A stretch of 64,000 nt of DNA from Octopus sinensis (taxonomy: Eukaryota), in the NCBI RefSeq assembly GCF_006345805.1, contig NC_043016.1, positions 15,252,001 through 15,316,000 on the forward strand, written 5' to 3'. Positions 24,587 through 38,399 of this stretch are shown one piece after another; positions within the stretch are counted from its first letter, which is position 1; every line of letters begins with the position of its first letter. Made by a program: the position numbers and the translations under genes. Below the pieces are notes generated by a model that searched no databases, was not told where the DNA came from, and saw only the letters and a program-made list of their open reading frames with translations.

Positions 24587-26604
24587 TGTATGTATATATG
24601 TATATGGTCTGTGTGTTATTTGAGTAGAAAGTCATAAATATACCATTCTGATCGATTTCTGTGGTAGTCTTCTAAAATGGTAAAAGCTAGCTGACCGAGA
24701 TATTTTACAGAATACTTCTTTTTGTGAAGGAAAAATTGCTAATGTTAGAAAAAGATGGTGTAAAAACCGTTTTATGATCCTCAATCTCTTATGATAGAAC
24801 TATTTGCGTAAGAGCAAAAGGCCATAATTAAGTGTTGAGTAGTAGTAATAGTTTTTACTTGTTTATTTTTTCTAAATTGATAGATACTTCTATAATGATA
24901 CGATATAATTTCTAGACCGAATTCTATAATGGTACGATACAGTTTCTAGATGGATAAATTCTTTAATGATACGATATAATCATATGGTGATTAAGCCAGA
25001 TCATGTTATTTTAACCATAATCGTTCTTCTGTTTCATCATTCCCACACTATATTTCCTTCTGAATTTTTGTTTTTTACATATTTTTTGCTTATTAACTGT
25101 ATTAATGATGTTTCAATAAAGTTTTCAGCTAATTATTTCTTTCAGCCCTTTTTAATCGGTTTCTAAAAAAACTCATTCTTATCTAATAATGTAAACGTTT
25201 TTTTTTTTTTGTTGTCTAATGAATGAATGAAATCTCCCTACTAAAAGCTAATGAATATATTATCGCAAACATCCCATATGACGAATAATTTCCGGAAAGC
25301 CGATTTATTCTGATGAAGGTCAGAGTAAATTCTGCTTAATGAAGTGATCTCCTTTCCTTGACAAATCTCTTGCTGCATGAAGCTTACAGCTGTTTCTTCG
25401 TGGTACATTCTGAAGTTAATGTATCCAGAAATTTAGTGATCCAATCTAACCAGTGGCTAATACTTGTTTTTTCTTCACCCCGTAATTATTTCTTGTTACT
25501 TTTCTTTTTCCTGTTTGTTCCTTGAATTAAATATGTGAACATTAACGTTATTATCTTTTAATTACATGCCTTCGTGTATATTAAGTGCGTAAATATGGAA
25601 CAAATTAGGGTGGCGACTGTTTTGAATTTTTATTTGATAATCCCCGTGTTTCCATTGTAAAATAATGTTCTTAAAAAGTCATGGAAGAACTCATCAGGAT
25701 GAATTAAATCTGTAAAGGTATGAGATCCTAATTTTCCCTAAGGCATCGGATATTTTGTCTAGATTGTTAGAATCTCTGGCCCCTGAGTGCCGAAATTTTT
25801 ACAAATTTGATACAGTTATGAATAACTACAAAATACATCAAATTACTATTTGTATTACATATCTTAGTAGGAGATAATAACAGAATTTAGAAAATCCGTT
25901 ATTAAATTTTTGAGAAAAAGAAAATACTTAAAATCTTCGTTGTATATGTTCTATGCTGTCCAAGTTTTGAATCAGAATAGTGGTTCATTGGCATTATGAA
26001 TGAGTGTATTGAATAAATGAAAAAAAAAGACATTTTATTTTGTATTTAATAGATTTTCTTGTTTTCTGCCTTTGGGACTTTTCCGTTTGAGTCCAAGTGT
26101 TTTTCTCTCTCGATCTCTCTCTCTCTTACATTCAAGAGACATCTTGATGAAAAATGCTATCCATATACAAAACAAATTGGAAACATACAGAATTTTGCCA
26201 AGAAATCTCGTTTTCCTTGGCGTCATTTAACGTTGTACATACTTTTATATTCGATTTTTGTATCTGTACTTTCATGTACTCTATTATATATAAATTTGGG
26301 TACCTCTGTATATGTTTCCATTTCCCTTACGTGTCAGTATGTATAATGTTTTATCTCGTGTATATTGTTTCTGTAAGATTTTTTTTTTCTTTTGCGCTTT
26401 TCGTTGAGGGTACATATGACAAGACTATGTATATGCGTGTCTTTGCCTCTGTCTATATGTGCCTAACTGTTTGTGTAAATCTGTGCTTGAACTAGCCCTA
26501 GTCTCTATTTTTGCGTGTAATTTGATGTTAATGTACCCATACCACTAGCTGTTTCTATTTAACACATATTGGTGTATTTCATTGCCAAATTGTTTTTGCA
26601 ACAG

Positions 26605-26685
26605 CAAGCAGAAAAACTTGTACAGCAAAATTTGGTTGCGTTTATACTCAAGCACCTGTTTGGATGTGTCTATGAACACAAACAG
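26605..26685 (+). other. Candidate 81-nt exon (possible Rab9 5'UTR exon)
   Basis: Acceptor tgtttttgcaacag and donor CAG|GTAAGT; no transcript support. Confidence 0.3.
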
Positions 26686-29600
26686 GTAAGTTTGCAGATA
26701 CAATCATACATTGTGCGGATGCAGTAAGAAAGATAAGGTGCAAAGCCAAGCAGTTAAGTACACACAACTCTCACGGGTAGATTTACAGATGTCTAATGTA
26801 TTTGTGTTTATTTGTGCACGTCTAGTTTGACTAATCGTAATTGTACCGGTGGTTTTTACTTAATTTTTTAAATTGCTGTAGAAATGATTCATCAGAACCG
26901 CTCGAGTATGAATTTTCACGAGATTACACAGAAATTTCGGTACATTTAATTGTGGCATTAGTTCTTTTTTTTTACTTCTATTTCGTCACTTCTAAAAGGC
27001 TATAATGTTGTTTATTGTTTAATTCAGCAGAATTTTGGTCAAAAGCGTTTCAAGTCTTGTCGAACGTCTATTTTGAAATACTGTAGCCTTTCTTTTTCAA
27101 GACAGACTAATATAATTTAAGGAAATTTGGTTATTATTTCTTAGTTTGCCGAACTACCACGAGAAGCTTTCTCTTTGCCTTGATAGATATTTACAATTTC
27201 TATTGCTGCTTGATATCATGAAAGAACAACACATTTTATGGACATTTCACTGATGTATCCATATGCAACCAGTTGAACATTTATTTACTCGCATAGTTAT
27301 AGAAGCATTAAAAGGTTAAGCCGAAATTTAAGAGAAACTAAATTATCTACTTTATTATTTTTCTTCCTGGTGAGAATTTACCTATGTTTATCTGGACACC
27401 TGCATTTTTTAATTTTTATTGTGGTCTTAATTAACGTTCATGTTACTGGCGACAAATTGCAAATATTCTTTAGAAAGAAAAAGTGATTTATGATCATGCC
27501 CAGTTTTCCATTTGGTAAATGGTGGGTTTGCTGTAAGATTTAACACGATTCCCTCTCCACGCCATCATCGGCCATTCTCCATTATATTGTAGCCTTTTTC
27601 ACATAATAACGCTCACCTGTTAACATTGATGTACAAGTGCAGTTCAAGGCTCCTCTGCATACATCAGCTGATGCCTTTTTTTGCCCAACTGGATTCTTAC
27701 CTATGCTCTGTATTCACAGTTTTATATTATGTATCTTCTCTCATTGTTCTCCGTAACTTCCACAAATCTTTTGAATTTTATTCATGTCTTATTACTATGC
27801 AGCAGACTCACATTTCATACGTATGCTTCTTCATATACTCTGATTTTTGCTTTGGGAAAAATAAGTTTTTCTTTATTTTCAAATGCCGCAACAGTTCCTT
27901 GCTCAAGCAACCACACTTTAATTGCAGCCTAAATCATTCACAAGGTGACAAACTATCGTCTATGTTTAATCAGGTCTTAAGACCATTTCATTGGCTTCTT
28001 TTCAAGTGCTTACTAATTACACGCGTAATTATTTATCAATAACAATGGCACATTCTTATAACCTTTTCTACATTGTTTGTTTCATTTTTTTTTTTTTTTA
28101 CATCCACTTTTTGCTACAGTCTTGGGTTGGATGAGTCTTATTGTCTCATCATGTGATCGTTCATCATCTGGCATTCACAGCAACAGAAAAATGTGACTCT
28201 CCTTGTCATGTTTTGGTATGATTTTTATAGCTGGATGTCCTTGCTGTCACCGACCACAAATGTTTAGCACACCTACTTTCACTTCATATTGTTACGTGCC
28301 TTTTATTTAAGGCTTTGTAGCCACATCATTTTCGATTAAATCTTACTGTACAGAACACCTTGTCTTTGATCATAACCTTTTATTTAGAAAGCTATGAGAA
28401 TGAACTTTGATAGACGGAAACTAAATGGAAAGCTTTTAGTGAGACTCCCCACTCTACCACAAACTGGCCTTGGCTGCCTTTACTGGAATCCATTCTGTTA
28501 AGTTTTCAGGCCAGGTTTCCAGTCTCAGGCCCCTTCCTTTCTCCCTTCCTTGTACCAGTCTCAGAAACCGTGGATAATATTCCTCTTAGTTTTTTTTTTT
28601 TTTGTTTTTTTTAGGGCATACTTTTGATTTTCATTAAATTATTTATTTACTATGTGTTTTTTATTTAGTAGCTTTTAATTTTTTAGTATATGCTGAAATT
28701 ATATCCGCAGTTCACAATTGTATCAGTGGTTAGTCCATCTTAGTTTTGGTTTGTAGCTCAGAAATAATCAACTCTTGCACTAAGGGGAAAATAATTCTTG
28801 AGTACCAGACATAGCTAATAGGCACAAGCATGGCTATGTGCTTCAGAAGTCCACTTTTCAACCACATGGTTTCCATGGTTACCCAGTGACAGAGAGAAGA
28901 GAGGGAGAGATAGGTACAAAAAAGAGGACAGAGACAGGTGTGCTGATGTAAAGGAGATACTTGGTTACCTAATCAGAGGAGAAAAGCAAGAGAATGATCA
29001 AGAATGAAAGCAAAAATAGGTGTGCTGTAAAGGGGATACACAGCTACCCAGCCAGAAGGAAGAGTAAGGGTGTGGAAAACAGCCGTATAAGAGAGAGCAG
29101 GAGAGAAATAGTGGTGAAGTGCCGGGTATACTCACAAGTAACAATGACCAGAGCATAGGTGTGATGATAGAGTAAGGAAGAGAGAGGTACAGAGGTCATA
29201 GTATACATGGTCAGGTATTGCCAAGAAAGTGCAAGTAGAGAGTGAGGATTGCAGTGACTGGCAAAAAGCTGGGTAGAGGGCATTGAGGGTCAAGAAAGGG
29301 TATTGGAAGACAATCATAGTTTATAAAGAAATGTGAGGAAGAGAAAGATGTAGTTTGGTTTCTTGGGGTAGGGTGTGTGAAAAGTTTGTTGTTACATGTG
29401 GGTGGGGCACAGTTTCACTGACATGGGCAGGGCTTCTCTTGGACCTCATATTGCCAAACATACCAATCCATTACCATTTCCTCCATGAGCCCTAACATCC
29501 TAAGATCGGTCCTCACTACTTCATCCCATGTCTTCCTGTGTCTCCTTCTTCCATCATTTTCATCTGCTTTCCATGATGGTATGGATTGGACAGGACATGA

Positions 29601-30139
29601 GGGCCTTTCTTATTGGTAGCCACTGTTCCCCACACTGGTGCTTGTATGTGTCATTTGAGTTGGTCTCTTTTGCTGTATGCCCTTCCTCTTGCCAACCTCT
29701 TAAGTGTACTGAATTCTTTTTCTCATGACATCAACACTAGATAGGTTTCATACATATGTATGCTGGTAACATGTAAAAGGCAAGCAGTACACTCTGGAAC
29801 GGCTGGTGTTAGGAAGGGCATCCAACCATAGAAACAAAACCAAAACAGACTGGAACTTATTGCAGCTCTCCGACCTACCCATGCTGTCATACCAATGCTA
29901 GCATGGAAAATGGATGCTAAACGATGAGAGTCAAGATATTCTTTACTTATCACCACTTAAGTGAGGCTTTGATAAAGTTCACGTAATGACTAAATTGCTC
30001 TGTACTTTAAAAGATCTGTGGTTTAACAATCTTTTCCTTGAAAAACAGTTATGGATTAACAAGAAGAGCATCCAGCTTCAAGTAACCCTTTGTCTAACCT
30101 ATGCTAATGTGGGAAAAAAAAATGAACAAATATTCTTTT

Positions 30140-30575
30140 CTACTCTAGGCACAAGGCCTGAAATTTTGGGGGAGAGGTGGGGGTTCAGTTGATTAGATGG
30201 ACCCCAGTACGCAACTGATACGTAATTTATCGACCCCGAAAGGATGAAAGGCAAAATCAACATCGGCAGAATTTGAACTTAGAACGTAGCGATGGAAAAT
30301 GAACAAATATTATTTGCTTGTTACTGTTTGTTGATATTATATTTGCTTTCTAAGGTGATGAGGTGGCTGAATCATCAGAATGCCAGCCAAAATGCCTAGT
30401 GGTATTTTATCCATCATTACTTCCTGAGTTCAAATTCTGCCGATGTTGACTTTGCTTTTCATCCTTTCGGGGTCGATAAATTAAGTACCAGTTGCATACT
30501 GGGATCAATGAAATCAACTATTTACCTCTTCCAAATTTCAGGCCTTGTGCCTATAGTAGAAAGGATTATTATTAT
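30140..30575. mobile_element. Head-to-head inverted pair of SINE family B (minus 30140-30290, plus 30345-30575)
   Basis: aatttatcgaccccgaaaggatgaaa is complementary to tttcatcctttcggggtcgataaatt; cacaaggcctgaaattt to aaatttcaggccttgtg. Confidence 0.85.
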
Positions 30576-30819
30576 TATTAAGGCAGTGAAATATCAGAAT
30601 CAGTAACATGCCGGACAAAAGCTTAGCAGCATTTTGTCCATTTTTATGTTCTGAGTTCAAATTTGCTGGCCTTGTGGCAAAATCTGAAACTGATATATTT
30701 GCTTTCTGTGCAGAAGCAAATAAAATATTATATTTATAAACTTGCTCTTCTATGTTTCATAATAAAAGCGAAGCAATAACAATGTAATTTCTAGTAATTA
30801 TAAAGATATGACTGGTAGA

Positions 30820-31215
30820 GACAGGCGTGGTTGTGTGGTAAGAAGCTTGCTTCCCAATCACATGGTTCTGAGTTCAGTCCCATTGTATGGCACTTTGGAC
30901 AAGTGTCTTCTACTATAGCCTCAGGTTGACCAAAGCCTTGTCAGTAGATTTCATAAACAGAAACTGAAAGAAGCCTGTTGTATATATATATATATATGTA
31001 TGTATCTGTGTGTGTGCTTGTGTTAGTTCCCCCATCACTGCTTGACAACCTCATATCCCCATAACTTAGCAGTTTGGCAAAAAGAGACCGATAGAATAAA
31101 TACTAGAGTTAAAAATAAGTCCTGGGGTCGACTTGTTTGACTAAAACCGTTCAAGGCGGTGCTCTAGTATGGCCACAGTCAATCAACTGACTGAAACAAG
31201 TAAAGGAATATAAAA
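30820..31215 (+). mobile_element. SINE family A, near full length
   Basis: ggcgtggttgtgtggtaagaagcttgcttccc head through gactgaaacaagtaaa tail. Confidence 0.88.
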
Positions 31216-31668
31216 TAAAAGAATAAATTCACTGATGTTATCCTTATTGCCAGCATGGAAATGTGCACCTTCAAGAAAAACGTGTACATCATCATCATCA
31301 TCATCATGTGAGCTAATTACGAGTACAATGTGCTTGAAGTGGAATTAGTTGCTGTCCATAACTATTTTTTCCTTCAGCCATATTCTAGAGATTCTAATCT
31401 ATTCGGGGTTCATGATTGTGTTCTTTTTTTTATCATCAGAAACATCTTATCTTTGTTTTTGTTTGTTTTTAACTATGCTGTCACCTTGTCTGTAAGATTT
31501 AGTATTTTTGTTCAAACTCATTATTTACCCTGTGACCTTTTTCTTGATTTTTCTTTTATGTGGCACCTTCCACTGTCAACACAGCAATTTCTTTTATCTG
31601 TCAGTTATCTTATATAATAATACTAACACAGCAGTCTTAACTTCATATATTTGCTGATGTATTTATTA

Positions 31669-32753
31669 TTGGGTCATTCCATAAATAATGCGGTTTTTTA
31701 TACTTATTTTGTTTCTCAAAATTAAAATAAAGTTCTTTTTTAATCTAAAATATACTCTCCTGCTTTTCCATTTATCTGGTAGACCTGCAAGGCTCCTCTT
31801 CCAAAATCCACTTGTCCATGATGAAAATTACTCCTCCAGTACTGTTCTGACCTCATGTAGAGATTTTATATATTTTCCGTCCAAATGATTTTGAAGACTG
31901 CGGAATAAATGATAATCAGATGGGGCATTGTCTGGAGAATATGGTGAGTGGGGCATCGTTTCCCATTCAAACTGCTCCAGCCGTTGGAATGTCATCCTCG
32001 TATGTGGCTGAGTATTATCCTGATGAAAGAGCACCTTTTGTCTTGAAACCAAAGATGTTCGTTTTTCTTCTAGTGCTGACTTAAGCCACTCAAGTTGCTC
32101 ACAGTAGATCTCCTTTGTTATTGTTTGGTTTGGGTTTAAAAGTTCAAAATGAACTAAACCTTTCATATCTCACCAAACAGATAACAATGCCTTCACACGA
32201 TTACACTTGGAAAGTTTGTGAGGAACCCATTGACCCAACTTTGCTGACTCTTCCAATGGCATGAAGGTGTCGATGAATGATTGAATGACCAAATCCAAGC
32301 TTCTCTGCTAGTTCCTCAACAGTTATGATGGGATTCTGTTCCACAAGGTCTGCAAGGCCTCCTTGTTGAGCTCTGCAGATCTTCTAGGATGAGACTTGTC
32401 TTCTAGGCTGTAGTTTCCAGCTCGGAATTTCTGGAATCACCGTTGACACTGGCTTACACTTGTCCAATCCCCATATACTGTATCAATATTCCCCACTCTT
32501 TCCGTTGCGTTGTTGTCTTTATTGAACTCATAAAGCAAAATATGCCAAATATGCTCCTTTGTCACTTCCATTATAGCTTTGTGAAAATAACTGCTGAAAT
32601 CAAACTGCACTCTTCAAAATTTATGCTAAGAGTAAGACCAAGGTAAAATTACTTACTGCTTTTATAACAAGTTGATACAGGTAGTTTATCCTGTCCCCGT
32701 CTGACTTTTAGTTCATGCAATTGAAAAAATGCATTATTCATGGGATGACGCAA
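31669..32753 (-). mobile_element. Mariner element with both TIRs and TA flanks, internally deleted, inactive
   Basis: TIRs ttgggtcattccataaataatgc / gcattattcatgggatgacgcaa, TA at 31667-68 and 32754-55. Transposase MEVTKEHIWHILLYEF..TVEELAEKLG..HQDNTQPH..HSPYSPDNAPSDYHLF. Confidence 0.92.
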
Positions 32754-35220
32754 TATTTAATATTTTTCTGATCTCTTATTTTGCTTGTGTTTTTCACTTT
32801 ATGCAAATTCATATTAATTATAATTAGGAAAAACCCAGCCTATTCATTCAGTTTTCATGACTCATTATCCTGCAGCATCACACCCATTTATATGTGCATT
32901 GTGTACTCTACCTGTTGCTGTCACCTTTCTTTATTCTGGCTACTATAAGTTTACTGCCATCACTAGAACTAATTATTACCTGTATACTAGTTTTAACGAG
33001 CTTTCTGAGCAATTTAGGGGGCATCAATTCACCTAAATGATAATTATTTCTATTGTATTTGAAGAAATAAAAGTTTTTACTTATAGCTCTTTAACATATT
33101 CTATTGGAACCAGGTTATCAGCCTTCAAAAATTCCTAAAAGCAACCAAACCTAGATTCCAGCATTATTACTCGAGGAATTACAATGAATAGTTATAAACT
33201 GAAGACAGAATCTTGATGATGGCTGACATGTACACTAAATTTTCCCTGAAATTGCAGTTAATTTGAAATTTACTTACATCATCCTTGTGCAAGTCCTCGA
33301 TGGCTCTTCCGAGTTATCCTTGTTCATTTAGTTTTTCTCAGTGTCCACTTAAGTACAAAATATGGGGACCTGTTGCAAAACTAACCTTTTAATCTTTGTA
33401 CATACAGCATAAGCCATCTGTCTCCAAACAGATACAGACAATTTAACATATACAGAAAGTGTGTAATATATTCTTGACCAAGTGTAATTTTCATAATTTA
33501 GAACAAAAACAATTCATCCTACCAGGCTTTTTGAATTATTATTTTTTTTAGATTTTTCCTTATGTAATTTACTCTTGCTGAAGAATGTACTAAATTCATT
33601 CTGTATGTGTTTAATTGTTCATATCTAGAAATGACCTTGCTGCATTGATGTGACCAAACTGAGTTTCAAACACATCCATAACTCTTTTTTTCTCCACTTT
33701 TTCTACTCTCCATAACAGAGACTAGATGTCCTTTTTTCAAAACATGAAAAAATGTTAACTCAACCAGGAAATTCTTAATTTCTTGGTATTATCTCCTCTT
33801 GTCATTTGGCATATAAGATTATCACCACTAAGCTTTGGTTCCACTCCCCCTTTCGTACTGGTTATTTTAAATTTAGCATTTATCACATGTCGGATAGTAA
33901 ACACCCCATCAACTTTGTGATCTAACTTCATATTACTTGTAATTTTAAGTAATTTTTGTATTTATACATATGTAAGTATATAAATGCAGTTTGGTTGAAT
34001 ATTTAAGAAACATGTACCTTTAACCCTTAGGAGACAACAGAACCAGTCTATCAGCCAAAAAGTCGAATGACAAAGAAGATTGTATTAGTCCATCAACATC
34101 TTACAAGAATACATATAGTTTTATATATGTAAAGTAATTACTTTTTTTTTTTCTTTTTTAAAAAATAAGTGCATGCCCTCTGTAAGGCTTGTGAAAAGGG
34201 CTCTGTCTTTTTGGCACTGAAACTCCAAGAGGCTCTGTCTCCAAAGGGTTAAATCTTGTATATAGATGCAGACATGGCTTTGTGGTTCAGAAATTTGCCT
34301 CTCAGTCATGTTCAGTCCCACTGTGCAGAACCTTCTACTGTAGCTCCTGGCTATCAAGTGCCTTGTGAGTGAATTTGAGACATGGAAACTGTGTGAAGCC
34401 CATCATGTGTGTACATGGATGTGTCTGAATATTTGCATACTGCGTTATGGAATAAAAAGTGATGAAATTTGTTGATATTCCCTATCAACAAGTTATCTGC
34501 TAGCTCTGCACTTTCAAAGACATATGGAACAAAAAAATCCTTTGCTTGAAAACATGTAAGGATTAGTAACAAGATAGGTATGTGTTTGTAAAACAATGTC
34601 TCAATAATGTGCATTGGTCTAACCCATGCTAGCATAAAAAACAAAAAATGAATGTAAAATGAATTGATGTATACACCCATAAATGCACATTATAACCAGA
34701 ATTTCTTCTTGCCATCAGTCCTCACCTGTTTCTAAGCAAGTTGATATTTTTCCTAGTTTTTCATGCAATAAACAGCTCAGTGACCGGACATGTTGCCAAA
34801 GAATATTGCAAACAAGTGAGACCATTTTTATGAATGCAAATGTCTTGATTCACTTGCAAAGCATTGGTCAGCCTGGAGCTGTAGTAGAAGATACTTGTGG
34901 AATTGAACGTGAAATGTTGTAGTTACAAAATGAACTTGTGAACCACATAGGCATACCTGCCCCTTAATGCATGTATGTGTGAGTTCCATTCACTTTGAAT
35001 GCACAACACTGCCTTCTACAGCCATCTCCCTCCTCCTTGTCCAAATCAATATGGTCTTCTATCTTTGACTCTGCATCCGATTCCTCTTTGGTTTTTCTCT
35101 CAGTTCTGCCTTGCACATGAGTATTACACACCCAGTGAACTATGTTGTCATTCATTTCCATGCCAAAAGAAAAGAATGATGTGTGTGTGTCTATTCTGTG
35201 TATGTATGTATGTATGTATG

Positions 35221-35291
<71 letters not shown>

Positions 35292-35914
35292 CAGAAGCAA
35301 CAAAGTGACTCAAAGGCCAAGAGTTTGATGCATTAGCCTTTCAGTCACTCTGTTGCATCCGCTAAATATTAACAGAAAATGGCGCCTGTGCTGGTGACTT
35401 GTAAAAGTACCCATTAAACTCTTGGGATGGTTGGCATTAAGAAGGGCATGTAGCCATAGAAAACGATGCCAAATCAGTCTGGAGTCTAGTGCAGCCTCCC
35501 AGCATGGACAATAGATGTTAAATGATGATAATACACACTCACACACATGGTTCAGTAAGTCCTGTTTTTTTTTAACCATTTTTAGCTTTTTTTAAGAGGT
35601 TTTTCTTTAGGATAGTATAATGTGACAATAGGATGAAGAACCCTAGTTTGCAAAATGAACCCAAGTTGAAATCAGTTAATCATATTTATTGTTACTTTAG
35701 ATTGAAATATGAAAACTGTTGGTCTGCTAGAGCTAGAAATAAGAATAGAAAAACAGAATTTATCATATGGTTGGCTTTAGGAAGGGCATCCAGCCATAGA
35801 AAACCAGACTGCCAAATTAGACTGGAGTCTGGTGCAACCTTTCAGCATGCTAGCCTGGTCAAACTGTCCAACCCATGCCAGCATGGACAATGGACATTAA
35901 ATGATGATATAGGT

Positions 35915-36270
35915 GTCTCTTTGAGAGGCGGTTGGATGGAACCTACACCCGCCTCCTTATGAGAGCTCAAAATCTCTCGTGGAAGTGTCATCCAACCAAA
36001 ATGCAAATATATGGGAAACTACCACCTGTGTCATCTCTTGTGAAAGGTAGAAGAGTCCAGTTTGCTGGACATTGTTGTAGAGCTGAAAACGAGGCAATTT
36101 CTACTCTTCTCCTCTGGAAGCCATCTACTCGCAATACCGGAGGGTGCACACTCTCCTATCCTGATGTAATCTCCAGGGATACAGGCATCCAGCAACAGGA
36201 CCTCCGTAATGCTATGATGGATCGTGAAGTCTGGCGTAGCATGGTAAATTCCATTGTCTCGACCACGGTC
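35915..36270 (+). mobile_element. Young 5'-truncated RTE-clade (RTEX-like) LINE 3' end
   Basis: Uninterrupted LDGTYTRLLMRAQNLSWK..LPPVSS..RRVQFAGHC..LLLWKP..DREVWR; CpGs retained. Confidence 0.8.
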
Positions 36271-36499
36271 GGTCGGTGTCTTTTTCTTTTGATAATGGAT
36301 TTTTCTGTGTGGTGATGAATGTCAATAACCTGGAATTGTTTGCTAATGTAGCATTCATGTTTTGCTGACAACTTGTCAAAATATTTCACATAACAAGTAC
36401 TCCCTGGTGGTGCTGGTGGAATAATCTCTCAAACAGGCGGGAACACATGCACAACAACTTGGATGGAATTTTCAGAATATGAGATTAGACACAGTAAGA

Positions 36500-38110
36500 C
36501 GAGGGTAAAACCAGGAGCTGCAATGACTGTGGTAGAGTATTTAGGAGCAAATGTGGCATGAAGGTTCATCAAAAGAAATCGAAATGCAAAGAAAACACAA
36601 AGCATTTGATACTATCAGGGGCCTATTTCTGTGAATATTAAAACTGTGAGTCAACCAGAAGAGAATCAGGGTCAGAAGGTAAACCACAGTTTCCAGGGTC
36701 TCCTTGCTCAAAGGTACAAGAAGAAAGGATGAATCCCAAGGCCTTGAAGGCTTTGAGAAAAACCACAGCTGAATTTGCTGCTAACAACAGATCTGAGATA
36801 GGACCTGTTGGACAAGGACTTGAACAACATTCTGAAGGAAGATGAGAATCATGGTACAAGTGGTATACCAGCATTCCAAGATACCATTGGCATGAAAGAA
36901 GACAAAAACCAACAAACAGGACTGTCCCCGTATGAGGCAGTGCGAGATGGCAGAACTGAGGAAAAAGCTAAGGCAGCTGAAGAAAAGGTGGAGAGATGCA
37001 AATGATGGGGAAAAAAAAAGGGATTTTAAACCAGCTTTGCTTGGAGTTTCAAAGAAACCAGCTCCAGCTTTGCAGGGCAGAGTCTCTTCAGGAAAAATAA
37101 GGACGAGAGAGAAGCAAATGAAAACCTATTTTGACAACCTCTTTCAATTCACAGCTGATTGCCTTGGCAGGCCAGAAAGCACAATATGCTCCAAGGAAGA
37201 GTTGGAAAGCAGAGTAGGAGCAACACATGATGACCCCAGATGAGATATTCTGTCAGGAGATTGTCCCTTTCTGCTGCCAATGCTCAAACTTCACACCCTT
37301 TTCAACATGACAGACTTCACTATTGACAAAGTGAGGGCTGTGGTGGAAAAAGCTTGTACAGGTTCTGCTCTAGGGCCATTTGGCACCACATATAGAATTT
37401 ACAAAAACTGCCCACTATTGTTAAGGAGTCTAGCAAGGTTGTTATGTTTAATCTGAAAGAAGCAGAAACCCTAGCTCTGGATGCTCAGTGAGGGCCGTTT
37501 TGTTCCAGAAGATGAAAATTCAGCAGGATTTGACTAGTCTTGAGAGACCACTCTCTTAGAAGTTGAGGGTAAAATCTTTTGGGCTATCATGGACAAAAGG
37601 TTATCATCATATCTCTTGGCCAACGAGTGTATCAAAATGAGTGTCCAGAAAGGAGGGGTCCTAACCTGCTCTAGATGCTTTGAATATGCATCAGCAATCA
37701 GCCACATCATTAAGAAGGCAAAGAGGAATGACCCACTCTCCATTGTAGGGTTGGATTTTGTCAAAGCATACCTAGACATGCATCACCAGCTTCTCCAAGT
37801 ACCAACAGATGTAGTCAAACTCATAAAGTCATACATGGATTTAACAAAGATGAGGTTCATCATTGGAAATTTTATCACTGAATAGCAGAGCCTGGAAAAG
37901 GGCAGATTGCACAGTTTCCACAGTCCTATTTGTGGTAGCCATGAAACCACTGCTAGATGTGAGAGGGAAACAGTCAAGGGGTTCCAAAACTCACAAAAAC
38001 ACAAGGAATCCAGTTTGCAGTCATGACACCATCTACCAAAGGAAGACAGTAGACATTGAACTCACTGGAAAAGATGATCACATGAAATTTAATCCACCAA
38101 AATCTTGATG
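36500..38110 (+). mobile_element. HERO-like (RLE-type) non-LTR retrotransposon relic: zinc finger plus RT, 3' part missing
   Basis: CNDCGRVFRSKCGMKVHQKKSKC; YRIYKNCP; LLEVEGKIF..KRLSSYLLAN..SVQKGG; LDFVKAY; *QSLEKG. Confidence 0.8.
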
Positions 38111-38215
38111 CCCAAGTATCCTCAAGGAAAGCTGATAAATGATGTCTTCAGCACTCAGGAGTCCAACAATCCAGGCAAAAAATCTAATGCCTTGGGAAAA
38201 ATTATGATCTTACTT

Positions 38216-38390
38216 TTAACCCTTTAGCACTTAAACTGGCCATAACCAACCAAAATATTCTACCTGCTTCATGTTCGCACTGGTCGGATCTGGTCTCTCA
38301 TGCTTACCATACAATGTCATTCTAAAAATAAACAATCACATCATCAAAATCTCAGATATGTAAGATAATTTATGATTAATTCAACTTTAT
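38216..38390 (+). mobile_element. Possible piggyBac-like non-autonomous element end
   Basis: Starts ttaa-ccctttagc; partner end not found. Confidence 0.3.
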
Positions 38391-38399
38391 TTCCAGTAA

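Noticed and set aside
25310-25340. Second CTGATGA with a CAGA/TCTG stem and the same agagtaaat loop as 8633
   Set aside because: No GAAA box or stem I follows; at most a remnant of the same family.
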